64,000 bases of DNA from Octopus vulgaris (GCA_951406725.2 OX597821.1:41726001-41790000), one strand, 5' to 3'. Counted from the stretch's first letter, positions 29,642 to 44,249 are shown. Notes: generated by a model from the letters alone, not told the origin. Numbers and translations are program-made.

Positions 29642-30338
29642 TTCTTTCTCTCCAAACTATTAATTATAGACGAGAATCATAGGTAGGATGAGCAAGTGAG
29701 CTAAAATAGCCCAACTGCGAATTAAATCTACATTTCAGACGCTAAAATTATATTACAAACCTTGACATAACTGCTATTACCATATTATCACATTTCTATT
29801 TTTTGGTTGTAGAATTAAGCTCTACTGAAATGACATTATAATCGGCGCTTCCTTCTGCCATTACGAATGCGAAATAACTACTTTCAAATACCTGTCTTGA
29901 GAGGTATTGAATCGTGTGTCATCAAATCGGTGTCTCCCAGGGCATACCAGCTGAGTTATTGTGTTGTAAGTATTATTAAATTTTGCAGTTATTGTTTGAT
30001 AGGTATTCATTAGTATTTTGATTACAACCCACTTTTTAGAGTATATCAATGGATTCCATTAAATTACCATTGATCTGAGAAAAGAGGGAGCGACTAGTTT
30101 TACAGGAAGTCATCTGACAAGCTGCAGGACAACGGATATCCGTGATGCAAGCGACATTGTATCACGAGATCTTATTACTAATGTGTAAATAGTGAGAGTT
30201 CCTTTATTTCATCTAAGAAGAAAACTTCATATTCAATTACAGATGTTTCCCCTCAGTCTTAAAATGTTGTGCTGAAGTAATACCGCTTATCTTACTGGGT
30301 AAGTTATGCTAATGCCGCTTAGCTCATTGTGTAAGATA

Positions 30339-30628
30339 CGCTGGGGTGCGAAAAGGTTCCTGGTTTTGGATAAAAGAAAAATGCAGGAAGATCAGTTACT
30401 CTTTTACTCTTTTAATTGTTTCAGTCATTTGACAGTGGCCATGCTGGAGCACCACCTATAGGTCGAGCAAATCGACCCCCAAAACCTATTCTTTGCCAGC
30501 CTGGTACTTATTCTATCGGTCTCTTTTACCGAAACGCTAAGTTACGGGGACGTAAACACACCAGCATCAGTTGCCAAGCGATGTTGGAGGGTGGACAAAC
30601 ACACATACACAAACACACACACACACAC

Positions 30629-30715
<87 letters not shown>

Positions 30716-31041
30716 AGACGGACTTCTTTCAGTCTTCCGTCTACCAAATCCACTCACAAGGCTTTGGTCGGCCCGAGGCTATAATAGAAGACACTTGCCC
30801 AAGATGCCACGCAGTGGGACTGAACCTGGAACCATGTGGTTTGTAAGCAAGCTACTTACCACACAGCCACTCCTACGCCTGTTAATTATGATTTTATGCA
30901 ACGTATTACCCTCTCAGATTCACATACTTATTGCAGTGGTCCTTCAGTTTTTCTAAGCTCTATAAAAGAACTCAGAAGTTTGGTTTTCCAACCAGGCCTT
31001 TCGCAACACCCTTAAAGCCAGGAACTTTTCAGCACTCCTCT
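30339..31041. mobile_element. Mariner-type MITE interrupted by a family A SINE
   Basis: Imperfect TIRs (ggggtgcgaaaaggttcctggtttt / aaagccaggaacttttcagcactcc) with a SINE at ~30400-30879 inside. Confidence 0.65.
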
Positions 31042-32352
31042 ATTTTAAAGTAATGTCGCTTAGCTCATTGAGTAATAATGATGCCTAGCTCAATGAGTAA
31101 GCTGCATTAATGTCGCTTAACTCACTAAAAAGAAAACACTAAAAAACCATTTCACTTTAAGATTTTATTTTTAAAAAAGTGGGTAAAAAATAAGGCATCT
31201 TGGCAGAAATGACCGTTCTACCAAAAAGCTTGCTTCCCATCTACATGGGTCCGAGTTCAATCCCACTGCGTGTCACATTGGGCAATTGTCTTCTACTCTA
31301 GCCTCAGGCAGACCAAAGCTTTACAAGTGGACTTGGTAGACGGAAACTGAAAGAAGCCAGTTGCATGTGTGTATGTGCGTGTGCGCGCGCGTTTGTGTGT
31401 TTGTCCTCTGCTTGATAACCGTTGTTGGTGCATTTACATCCCCGTAACTTAGAGGTTTGCCGGGAAGGAACAATGTCTCTCGCTGCAGTTGTCTTGTCAG
31501 TCGTCGGGATTTTTACTTTCTTTAAGAGCAATGTACTCACAGACAAAATACCTTGTGGTATTTAAGCCACCACCAGTATTGTTTTAAATATTAAGTTGAA
31601 AATTTAACAAAGGTAACTTTTCCTTTCGCCTTTTCAGGGTCAGTTAAGTATTGGGGTCTATTTAAGCGACATATTGCCTTTTTCTTCGGCAATAAGTAAT
31701 TTTGTGACAAAGTTAGAAACGAATATTAATGGTTTCTTTAAGGTGGTAAGATGGCGGAACTGTTAGCACGCCGGACGACACGCTTAGCGGCGTTTCGTCC
31801 GTGTGCATGGTTTGAGTTCACATTCAGCCGAAGTCGACCTTACCTTTCATCCTTTTCGGGTCGGTAAAATACGTACCGGTCATGCACTGGGGTTGATGTA
31901 ATTGATTTACCCACCTCCCCTAAAATTGCTGGCATTGTGCCAAAATTGGAAACCAATACTATTGGTTTCTGTTGAATAATCAGAAAATATCCTATAAAGA
32001 AAAGGTGGGAATGCGGAGTATCAATGGATTTTCCCCGTAAAGTGAAATGGCTTGAGACAGGAATAGAAGTCTTGTCCCTATCTCGCAACACAAACAATTC
32101 TATTTAACAATTCTATTTCCCTTGTTAGTTTTATTGCCAGACATCCTTGTTTAACTTTCGAAAATAGCTTTGATGTCTTAGAGACTTAATAATCAAATAA
32201 TATCTCTACTCTTGATTGTTTTTATCCTGTACAGGCTACAGTAATAATGTCTATGTTCTTCATTACTTTATCCTACAAAGACTACAGTAATAGCATCTCT
32301 GTGTTTGATGGTTTTACTACAGTAATTAAATAAACATTTAGGAGTCATTTAC

Positions 32353-32479
32353 CGCATTTAGTTCGCTCTTCTCGCCAGATCCATCTTTCCAATGTTTAAA
32401 AATCCCGCTGTGATGTCCAGTCACTTCTTCCCATTGGCCGTGATAGTTATACGTCATCAACAGCATATAATCAACGTAG
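32353..32479 (-). CDS. GH18 chitinase exon 6
   Basis: tttttcag|(N)YVDYMLLMTYNYHGQWEEVTGHHSGIFKHWKDGSGEKSELNA|gtaaat; 127 nt, phase 2/0. Confidence 0.95.
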
Positions 32480-33845
32480 CTGAAAAACAGAAGCAGTTGA
32501 TTGAAATTTTGGTTTCAAATTTTTGGCACAGAGCCAGCAATTTCAGGAGAGGGGTGAGTCGATTTCATCGACCTCAATGCTCAATTGATATTTATTTTAT
32601 CGATCTCGAAAGGATAAAACGCAAAGTCGACCTCGGCGGAGTTTGGACCCAGAACATAAAGACGGATGAAATGCTGCAAAGCATTTTGACCAGCACACGC
32701 CAGCGATTCTACCTTTCACTTGAATGAAATATTATGACGGCAGCTGGAAATCTATCAACGTCGGATTCTTTCAATACCAGAACCACATCACGAAGGACAA
32801 TAATCAGATTAGTTGGTCTCGGAAGGTTCTCTTGCAAAACCAGACACAATCAATAATAGTACAAAGAGAACCACACATTTGCAACAGCTACCGATTCTTC
32901 TTCTCCTCGTTATAATGGATGCAAAGGAAATTATAATCCTTTTCCTTTTAGACACACTTTGCAATCGATAAACTTGTAGTGCGGTGTTCAAATCTATTCG
33001 TGGACAAAACATATTGCAAGAATAATTTTGTTGCGCTGGGTTTTATGAAGAAGACTGAAATTATAGTATTGCCAATCCTTCATTCAAGTTTTATTCAAGG
33101 GCCAATAAGAGGCGGTAGCATTGTATATCTGACGAATGTTTATTCTTATTCTACTTCTTTATTACTGTACAGAGTTGAAATCAAATTCTACGAGGGAAAA
33201 ATCCGGTGGGAAAACAGTCACGAGGTATTCCACTATCAGAACATGTCTATAAGGAAGCCTGTACGTTTTGTTTTCAACTCCTTTGAAATAACAACTAAAT
33301 CCCACTCAAATTCCAATCTAGCATATCAAAGAGAAGATTCTCTGATATATGATGTCTTATTAAAAGACTGGATGGTCACGACTAGACAGCTTTTGAGTCA
33401 GAAATGACATGGGGCTCGACAGCACAGTAACAATAAAAGTAAAGCTAACTACAAGAGTTCTGGCAGTAGTTCTGACTTTAACTGGTGCCAAACTGAAGAC
33501 CAAATTCACGTGAAAACAACAAACCTAATGGTTTCATATAGAAATATTGGAATCAGCTTTATTGCTGTATTTCATCGCTAGACTCTGCTCCATGGCTATG
33601 TTACACAACTAGGCTATACTCACACATTATTACGCTGTATGGCTACGTTAATAAGCTGCTGCATTATTCAACTTTTCTTTTACACAGCTGTTGCTTCAAT
33701 GCATACTGCATTGCTCCATTCCTAAACTGCAAATGCTATGTTGCTACCTTATTTTATTGTTGCACCAGACTGCTACGATGCACCGCTACAATGTACGTTA
33801 ATTCATTGTTATACAACACTGGTGCACTGCTACGCTACACCGCTA

Positions 33846-34393
33846 AAATGCTACAACGTTACAATGCTACAATGCTACAACGTTACAATGTTACAATGCT
33901 ACAACGTTACAATGCTACAACGTTACAATGTTATAATGCTACGACATTACAATGCTACAACGTTACAACGTTACAATGCTACAGCGTTACAATGCTACAA
34001 CGTTACAACGTTACAATGCTACAACGTTGCAATGCTACAATGCTACAGCGTTACAATGCTACAACGTTACAACGTTACAATGCTACAACGTTGCAATGCT
34101 ACAATGCTACAGCGTTACAATGCTACAACGTTACAACGTTACAATGCTACAACGTTACAATGCTACAACGTCACAATGCTACAATGCTACAGCGTTACAA
34201 TGCTACAACGTTACAACGTTACAATGCTAGAACGTTACAATGCTACAACGTCACAATGCTACAATGCTACAACGTTACAATGCTACAATGCTACAGCGTT
34301 ACAATGCTACAACGTTACAACGTTACAATGCTACAACGTTACAATGCTACAATGCTACAACGTTACAATGCTACAACGTTACAATGCTACAAA
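33846..34393. repeat. Octamer satellite built from ACAATGCT / ACAACGTT / ACAGCGTT units
   Basis: About 68 tandem 8-nt units, with degenerate versions in both flanks. Confidence 0.9.
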
Positions 34394-35899
34394 GCGTTGT
34401 TATTTCATTGTTACCCGAACATCTACACAACGGTGTTACACTAAGTTTCTACAACGCTATTCTGCCTTATTACTGCTCTACACTGCAACGCAACGACTCT
34501 AAACTACACGGCAACGTTACAATGCACCAAGGCTGCTTCCTTTCATTGCTACGCTATAAAAATACTCTCCATCGCTACATTGTAGGTTTTCTATCATTGC
34601 CACGCTATACTACTCGGGGACTACACACTACGCTCCGTCAATACCCCCTCATCACTTCATTATTGTAACAGTACACCTGTCATATTACACAGTGCCAAAC
34701 TGGTTCCCTCTGGGAACCGCGCTGAAGGTGCGCCGGTCTGCGGTTGACGCTATCGCTCCACGTATCTGTACGAGGAGGGGGGCGTTCAGTTGAATGAACA
34801 GCAGAATGCTCTTTGAGTACACACACACGCATACACACACATGTATGTGTGTATGCGCGTACTCAGTGCATGTATGTACGCACGTATTGGTGTGCGTGCA
34901 TACATATGTGTATAGTTGAATATGTGCGTGTGTTTACGTATTTGTTTTCACTTTTAGTATAAAGCTACTGGATATTTTTCAATTCTTTCCAACTACTGGA
35001 ATTGTTTCAAATTTTTACTAATTATTTAAAAAAATTTTCTGCATTAGTGTAGTTTTGCCTGCTGATGATGAAAATCATATTCATTTTTTTCTAGAAATTA
35101 TTAATTAAAATGTTACAAAATCTTTAAAGTTATAATTTTTGCCAATCAGAAGCTTCCATTGCCGACACACCCGAAGTCATAATCGTCTGTTTTCATGGGA
35201 ACAACATACATCCATCAACAAGGACGAAACTTTTATGTAGTCTCTCAACATCCCACTCGCTGTGTGTTATTAATAACATTTAAATTAAACTCAGTCTTCA
35301 CAGATGTAAGCTTTTATCACACGGCCATCAAAACACTTACTGGGCCCCATAGATCGATACTAAATATGCTCTCACTCTCTCTTTCAAAGAACTGCCTGCA
35401 CATGACTATTATTTAACGAATGAAACCTGCTTCGAATTATGTTCGATGCCAATGAATGAGATGTTTATATATTTTATTTATTATATTGTGTTGTGTGAGA
35501 TGGGAGGCATGTCAAAGAATAGACCCAACGCTGCGTGATATAAAAGGGGTGACTAAAAGAGGTTGTGGTGGAATTTAACTCCGACCTTATAAAACCCTCA
35601 TCAGCAACGGACTACGCAAAGAGACTCGTTGGTTAATGGGTTGTCACCTCCTGAATGGAGCAAAGGTGTCATCCACCAGGAACAGTAGAGAATCACCAAC
35701 AAATGGCGGATGCAACAACGTGATGTTACTGAGCATGCCCCCATACTACAGCTACTACTAATACTGTATTTATTGTTTGCGATAAAAATGCATCCTGGTT
35801 GTTAGAAGTATCAAAACCCAACACATTTCTTCCTTGTTGCCGAGTTATGGTATCAATTTACTACATAACACCAACAACAGAAGTAACCATACCGTCGTC

Positions 35900-35905
35900 G
35901 TCATT

Positions 35906-35942
<37 letters not shown>

Positions 35943-35955
35943 CCATCATCATCAC

Positions 35956-35990
<35 letters not shown>

Positions 35991-36086
35991 CCATCATCAT
36001 CATCATCCTCATCATCATCATCATCATCATCCTCATCATCATCATCATCATCATCATCCTCATCATCCTCATCAACATCATCATCA

Positions 36087-36160
<74 letters not shown>
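35900..36160. repeat. (CAT)n trinucleotide array
   Basis: Direct reading. Confidence 0.95.
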
Positions 36161-36827
36161 ACAACACTATACTTCTTACATTAAGAATATTGGTAACAAA
36201 TTCTTTCTTCATCACCGCTGCCGCTTTCTCCACCTTTTTCTTTTAAACTCTGTTTATAATTTTATCATAAGAAACGAAAAAGTACATTTAATATGGATCT
36301 GTGGCGTCCACTAATTTTTCTTGGGGTCATGAGTTCGATAAGAGATTAAATCTGTAGAGATTGAGATTATTTTATAAATGTTATTAATAATATTCAACAA
36401 GTAGAAAGCACTTGGGTCAGCCTCAAGCGAGACAGAGATTTGTGTATTTGTGTAGCTCTGTGTGTATGTGTGTGTGTGTGTGTGTGTGTTTTATTTCAGT
36501 TACCGGACTGCAGCCATACTGGAGTACTGCCTTGAAGAGCTTACTCAAGCAAATCAACACCAGTACTTATTCGATCGGTTTGTTTGCCGAATCGTTATGT
36601 TGCACGGACGTAAACAAACCAATACAGGTTATCACGTAGTGGTGGGTGACAAAGTCATACATACATACATACATACATACATACATACATACATACATAC
36701 ATACATACATACATACATACATGCATACATACATGCTAAAAAGGGCAGTTAAACCCAAACCACGGAAGAAGGAATTCTTAAGGCACGTTGTTAATAGGTA
36801 CTAGAGTGAATTTAAAAATTAGTTAAC

Positions 36828-36888
36828 CCTACACTCAGGTTTCGCTATTAATGACCAAATAATTTGGTAGCTGTAACTCTTCAGTAGG
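36828..36888 (-). ncRNA. Hammerhead motif with non-cleavable GUG triplet
   Basis: ccta-CTGAAGA-gtta...tagc-GAAA-cctgag-TG-tagg. Lies within a rearranged element (direct repeat 36731/37208; inverted repeat ~37070-37178 vs ~37291-37397). Confidence 0.6.
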
Positions 36889-37719
36889 ATCGCTAAAGAA
36901 TGCATAATTATGTAGCTGTGATGCGTAACGGAAACACGAAGCAAACATGCGCAAGACAGCTCCATCTTTGGATTCAAATTTAGTGCACGAGCATAGTCAG
37001 AATAGCACAGCAGTAAATAAATTTAAATTGTGTACTATACAGCCTAAGAATTGGAAAATGTTACTGCATAAATATAAAGGTAAAAGATTAAAATAATTTT
37101 TTACCAGTGGTTCGCATGCTTAATAAAATTCATAGGACACAGATATAATTTTTATAAGAGTGTATGAAGATTTATACACGGAGAAATGACCCTTCACAGG
37201 TCTTTTACATGCTAAAGAGGGCAGTTAAACCCAGACTACGAAAAAAGAAATTCTTAAGGCAAGCTACTAATGGGCATTAGAGTAAATAAGAGTGTATAAA
37301 TCTTCATAGGCTCTTATAAAAAATATTCTATGTCCTATGACTTTTATTAAACATGCGAATCACTGGTAATAAATTATTTTGATATTTTATCTTTATACAT
37401 ACATACATACATACATACATATTTGAAATTTACAGAAAAACCAAAGATGAAGACAACAAGCAGGTGTATTAGTTTAATGCTCGGGAAGGTGTGCGTGTGT
37501 ATGTATGTGCTTGTGTGTGTTACATGTATAAATATATACAAACATATATATGAATGCCTATGCATGGATGCACACAAACATACGCGCGAGAGCATACACA
37601 TGTGGCTCTGAGTTCAATCCCATTGCTTGGCACCTTGGACAAGCGTCTTCTACTCTGGCCTCGGGTCGACTATTACTTTGTGAGTGGATTTGGTTGACGG
37701 AAACTGAAAGAAGTCCGTC

Positions 37720-37760
<41 letters not shown>

Positions 37761-37896
37761 TAATAAGTGTGTTGAATGATTATAACACCAGTCTGCTAGG
37801 AATAGATCCTAAATGGTCTATGAACGACTTAGATTATTACAAGATTGTAAGCGAGGGAAACGGGCAGCGAGGATTTATAAAATAATTTGGATAGTC

Positions 37897-37953
37897 CCAA
37901 ATCTATAGATTTCTCGGTATAACTTATTAAAAACCCTTTCCGATCATCAGTGG
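37897..37953 (-). ncRNA. Minimal type I hammerhead ribozyme (intact core), sense to chitinase pre-mRNA
   Basis: cca-CTGATGA-tcgg...ccga-GAAA-tctataga-TT-tgg; palindromic stem III, AUU triplet. Confidence 0.72.
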
Positions 37954-38063
37954 TGACATTACCCAACATAAATAAATGAAAAATACATTATACATACCGT
38001 CATATGTATAATGTATATATATATATTTATGTATAATGTATAATGTATATTCTATAGCAGTTG

Positions 38064-38096
<33 letters not shown>

Positions 38097-38245
38097 TGTA
38101 TGTATGTATGTATGTATGTATGTATGCATGCATGTATATAGGGGTTCGGCGATCGCTTTCAAAAGTGATAAAGTGCCAAACTCTCGACACTTACGTCACT
38201 TTTATATTTCTGCCAATTATAGATAATAATAATTATTATTATATA

Positions 38246-38480
38246 CAGGGTTGGCCAAATGTCACCAGACAATAAATCAAAGCCGTACAATTCCAAGATT
38301 TAATCATGTTTAACAAGTGAATGAATTTAATTAAAGCATCTAAATATGAAACATCATGAAAATTGTTCAAATTGGAATCCTTCTTGAGTGACACATTTTT
38401 TTCCATTCGAGTCAGTACAGAATTACAGATAGTATTTATGGAATTTTGATTTACTGTCGGATGACTTTTGACACACCCTG
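38246..38480. mobile_element. Tc1/mariner-type MITE flanked by TA
   Basis: TA-cagggttggccaaatgtcaccagaca ... tgtcggatgacttttgacacaccctg-TA. Confidence 0.65.
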
Positions 38481-38487
38481 TATATAC

Positions 38488-38574
<87 letters not shown>

Positions 38575-38691
38575 TGTATGTATGTATGTGTGCGTGTATG
38601 TATGTATGTATGTATATATATATACATATATATATGCATATATATGTATATGCATATATACTTATGTATATGTACATACTAACAGCTATAC

Positions 38692-38776
<85 letters not shown>

Positions 38777-40395
38777 TATGTGGGCATAAGACGTCACAAA
38801 ACGTGTACAACAAAAAAATACGAAGTATGAGTACATGGAATATGAGCTAAGTTTTCGAACAACGAAAGACAAAAATGGAAAGCAAGACAAACAACATAAA
38901 GAACGACCCTTCATCAGTTGTTGGCTGTTTTCCTACTCTCGTATTTCGAGCATTTAACAACAGTATACGCTTTCGATAAAACAGTTGCTTCCGCAAAGCA
39001 AATTAAATAACATTTGGGATTATATGATTGAACGCCTCGCATCCTCTTCCAAGTAAGTTTTATATATATTCTTTTACTCTTTTACATATTTCAGTCATTT
39101 GACCGTGTCCATGCTGGAGTCCTGCCTTTAGTCGACCAAATCGACCCCAGGACTTATTCTTTGTCAGCCTAGTACTTATTTTATCGGCTACTTTTGCCGA
39201 ATCGCTAAGTTACGGGGACGTAAACACACCAGCATCGGTTGTCAAGCGATGTTGGTGGGAAAAAAAGACACACAAACATATACACGCACATACATATATT
39301 TGTATACATATATACGACGGACTTCTTTCAGTTTCCGTCTACCAAATCCACTCACAAGGCTTTGGTCGGTCTGAGGCTATAGTAGAAGACACTTGCGCAA
39401 GGTGCCACGCAGTGGGACATGTATATATATATATATATGCAGAGAGAGAGAGAGAGATAACAACGTAGGGGCATACGTCATTCAAGCAAGTCATATGCCC
39501 CTATACAACTTGACTCAAGGCAAAAAAAAATCTGAATAATTTCCCAAGTGATTTTCTGCTTATGAAAGTGCGAGTAATCAACGTTTGATTCACCAACCAT
39601 CCATTTATAAAGATATACACTATACTCTACACGATATGTTGAGAGCTCCCTTTATTTCACTTGTATATATACACATTAACTCTGTGTGTGTGAGTGTGTA
39701 TGTAGTCATAAAACTGTTTACAACTGCAATAACACCGGGAACATTTTCACCGGCAACGAATACGCCGACTACATTTTCCGAATCAAAAGAAATTTTGCTC
39801 AGAGATAAAAGTATTTAGCCGTGTAAATATGAAATAACATCTGAGTAAAGAAATAAACTGATTTATTCGATATCACTCACACTTTGAACTAATTTGAAAG
39901 TAAATTACTGAACACAAACACTCTAAAATTGATTGATAATAAGCACTTAGATAACCTTGTTGCTGGGCTGTCTGGATATAAAATTGATATTCCTACAATC
40001 CAACTACTACAACGTATGTATTGGTTTTCTGAATAAACACAAAAGTTCTCTCTATTTACAAAGGAGCTGAGAATTTGTGAAGTTCATGCCGTTTTCGGAA
40101 GGAAATTATAAAAAAAAAACGTTAGTATTGGTGGGTCATAGCTTCAGGCGAGGTTTGAAATCGCGTCGTAGTCATTCGCTGTCAGGTTTATATTTGTTTG
40201 TCTTTGCCGTTCATTACGGCTCGTAAAAAAAACAAATCAACTTTAAAGTAAATCAAAGATCCTATAAAAATAATATCTCGAGGACGTCACTGTATACAAT
40301 CGACTTCATGTAATGGAACAAGGGAAAATATACTGGAGGTGTTTACTTTCATATATGACAGACAGGCAAACTGTCGGAAAGGTAGACAGACAAAG

Positions 40396-40479
<84 letters not shown>

Positions 40480-41618
40480 GTGTAGCTAGATAGATAGATA
40501 GATATCTTTATTAGACACACAGGGCCGAACACAGAGGGGAAAAATACAATGTTGAGCTTTTCTTTTCGAAAAAGAAGGGGGAAAATTCCAATCAAAAGGG
40601 ATAATGTAAAAAAAAATCCGATCGAAGGAGATCGTGTTTCACAGAACAGAGTAAAAATGTAAAAAAACAGATTAGGTTTATCCGTGGAAAGAAAAGCTTG
40701 GTAACTTTGGACGGGGCAAAAACATGAGAGCAAAGCGCTCTCTCTCTCTCTCCCTCTCTCTTTTGATTTACAGGATCATGCTCAAAGTGGTTTCGTCAAT
40801 GATGCGTACCATCTTTGCTACATTCACCTATCTTTTATTGAATCTCACTTGAGACAAAACTTGCCTCTCTATTCTCACCTTCCTTTTCAAGTGGTACTTG
40901 AAAAAGTTGATGAGCGATTGGCCAGAGAGGAAAGTGTTTGTCTCTAAACCTTTCGCTCGAGTCCACTTTCACTATGGCCACCAGTACAATGAAAACTGCC
41001 ATGCCTTCCCAGTTAAAGGAAGGTGGTGGAGCAATTTTCACGATAAACTCGGCTGATAACCGAATTCGTCCCACACGTAACAGCAGTCGTTCGACACAGG
41101 CCCACTTTGATATTTCTGAGGTTGAATATAATACCAGTCAACTACTAGAATACATAAGTTGTACTTTATAAAGATTCTTCTCTCTTTCTCCCACTCTTTC
41201 TCTCTTTCTCTCTCTGTCTCGTTCTCCCTCTCTTTCTCCCTCTCTTCTGTAATTGGCTACGTTGCGATTTCAGAAGGATCATAGGAGAGCTCTCGCAAAA
41301 TGTCCTTCTCCAAGAATCTAGGCTAACAAACTCTTCTTCCAGGATACCTGGAACAGCCCATGGCAATCCGATGTTTAGCAGCGAACAGAAATAAAAGAAA
41401 AACAATAATCCAGAGATTGTGAGTTTATTATTTGACAAATTGACTATAAATAAACCCAACGTGTTTCTATCAAAATACAAGTCTATGAGTCCACACTCAT
41501 ATTTTTCAGTTCAAATCCTTTAGAAAATTGCAAGAAACGACTAATCGAGAGAGAAAAATTAAGCGAAAAATTAAGGTTTAAAACAGTTATTTTGATTAGG
41601 CGAAGAAAATAAATGACT

Positions 41619-41965
41619 TATTCTGTTGTGTCTAGGGAGAGTCATTTTCTTTTTGTGCCTTATAATATAACATACTCACCGGTAAAATTTCCACTTTCTT
41701 TTTCTTATTTATTTTCCTAAAATTTTCATTGCGTCTTGCAACCTTTTCAATAGTTTTGACTCTCAAAACTATTGAAAAGGGCCAAAACTCGATCGGATTT
41801 GACTCTTTTCAATAGTTTTGATTGACTCAAAACTATTGAAAAGGTTGGAAGACGCAACGAAAATTTTAGGAAAATAAATAAGAAAAAAAGTGACAATTTT
41901 ACCGGTGAGTGTGTTATATTATAAGGCACAAAAAGAAAATGACTCTCCCCAGACACAACAGAATA
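41619..41965. mobile_element. Fold-back element with nested hairpins
   Basis: ~160-bp inverted arms, each ending in a 17-bp hairpin cttttcaatagttttga/tcaaaactattgaaaag; partial copy at ~51953-52015. Confidence 0.8.
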
Positions 41966-42035
41966 TGCTTCAACACACGAACTCATGTAAAGAATCTTGC
42001 AAACCAAATTCAAAAACGAAATATAGATAACTTAC

Positions 42036-42160
42036 TTTATGACTTTTCGGGGTTCATAAGCTTTACCTATGAAAAACGATCCTGATGCCGTAGCCAAAGT
42101 CAGTATAAGTTTCTCGCGACCAGTTTTTCGCGCTTCAGCAGCAAATGTTTCATAGAGTTC
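42036..42160 (-). CDS. GH18 chitinase exon 5
   Basis: tttccag|ELYETFAAEARKTGREKLILTLATASGSFFIGKAYEPRKVI(N)|gtaagt; 125 nt, phase 0/2. Confidence 0.94.
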
Positions 42161-42464
42161 CTGGAAATATTATTTCATATAGTACTGGATTCCAGTAAAG
42201 ATCTTATATCCATATTCCAATGAAATATCCATGAGTTTCGATCAATTTTAACACCAATTAAGAATTTGGAGTAATTTAGTAAAATATTTAATTATTTTAA
42301 TTACTAATCTGATATGATTTGGATTATAACTGAGCAAAGGATCTTAAACATTAAATCATGGATGAAAGCGTTTTTAATTTCAAGATGAAAATATGAAAAT
42401 AAGAAGCTTTGTATAATTAACTTTATTTTATTAAAATGGCATTTTGATAATTAGGTACGATACT

Positions 42465-42871
<407 letters not shown>

Positions 42872-42901
42872 CCCTATCAATAATAAAAACGTCGTTCTTA
42901 C

Positions 42902-42995
42902 CTTCATTAATTGGGTGAACCTATACTTATCGCCGGGTGGACTCCCTCGAGTACCTGGAAATTCCCAGTCCATATCGAACCCATCAAAGCCATAC
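42902..42995 (-). CDS. GH18 chitinase exon 4 (catalytic DxxDxDxE)
   Basis: ttaaag|(R)[31 protein letters not shown]|gtaaga; 94 nt, phase 2/0; catalytic Glu intact. Confidence 0.97.
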
Positions 42996-44249
42996 CTTTA
43001 AGGAAAATATAACTTTGTACTGCTTTCATTTTATTACGACTTCGCCTTGAATTGTAGTTAAAATTTCTTTTATTTCTCAGCTCAAAATGTTTTACGAAAT
43101 TTAAAAACAATGCAATGACTAACAACGGAGTCACGAATCTCATATAAAACGTTGTGCCATCTATAAATATTTTAGTTGTGATACTGTGTACTGGTATGGC
43201 TTCAGAAGAGTTGAGGTTGTGATTCATTTTTGAACGGCTTCATTTATATTCATACAGCTTTCAAACACTACATTTACGCCTGTATGTATGTATGTATGTA
43301 TGTATGTATGTATGTATGTATGTATGTATGTATGTATGTACGTACGTACGTATGTATGCATGCATGTATGTATGTATGTATGTACGTACGTACGTACGTA
43401 TGCATGCATGTATGTATGTATGTATGTATGTATTTATGTATGTATGTATGTATGTATGTATGTGCGTATGTGTGTACGGAGTAGTCGAAGCAGGGGCAGC
43501 TGAAGAAGGGGAATGTTCCTTGTGTTGTATGTCTTGTACTCTGTTTTTTCGTTGATTGAAAAAGTCCGTTTCCATGTTTTTGCTTTTATGTTTTCGTTTC
43601 TTGTTGTGTTCTAGGTTTTTATTTTGTTATTTTGGTGTCCTGTACCCATATATGCATGTATATGTACATATAGCTGTAGGTATGTATATATATACGTATG
43701 TATGTATGTATGCATATGTTTTATTTATTAATTTGTTATTATATAATCGAACGCCACGCATCCACTTCCAAGTAAGTTGTATGTATGTATGTATGTATGT
43801 ATGTATGTATGTATGTATGCATGTATGTATGTATGTATGTATGTGTGTATGTATGTATGTTTTCGTTCTGTTCCTCGGTTGTTGTTGATGTTGTGTCCAG
43901 CCATGTTGTTTGCAGTAACTCTCTGCATGGTAAATTCAACTGCCAGTCGAAAAATCGCTATGATCGAGAATAAAAGTCTCCCTCAGTTCATCCGAAGATT
44001 AATCAGTTATTTAACAGGGCTGATAGTTGATGGATACTACCTCCAAAGCTGAAGGTAGTATTCATCATCGTATTTCGATAGTCTACCACGCCAATACGCG
44101 ACTTGTCGCTTCGAGTTCGAATGTCACTACTTTATTATCTCCCCTTCTTTCTAGCTCTCCTGTCAGACTACCTCTTCCGGCCATCGCCATGGTTGACCGT
44201 CAGCTACTAAAGCATTTTTTATTCTCTCACTGTTTATTTTCTCGTGTTC

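Noticed and set aside
33738-34668. Long Cys/Tyr-rich ORFs, and possible CRISPR-like array
   Set aside because: Translation of a stop-free octamer satellite; no unique spacers, and the context is eukaryotic.
35799-36314. Poly-Ser/His, poly-Ile and poly-Met ORFs
   Set aside because: (CAT)n artefacts.
38780-38925. CTGATGAaggg element (related to 43500 CTGAAGAagggg)
   Set aside because: No downstream GAAA-stem III-UH that closes stem I.
40835-41171. GC-richer ORFs tested as a missing chitinase exon
   Set aside because: No GH18 similarity, and the gene model is complete without them.
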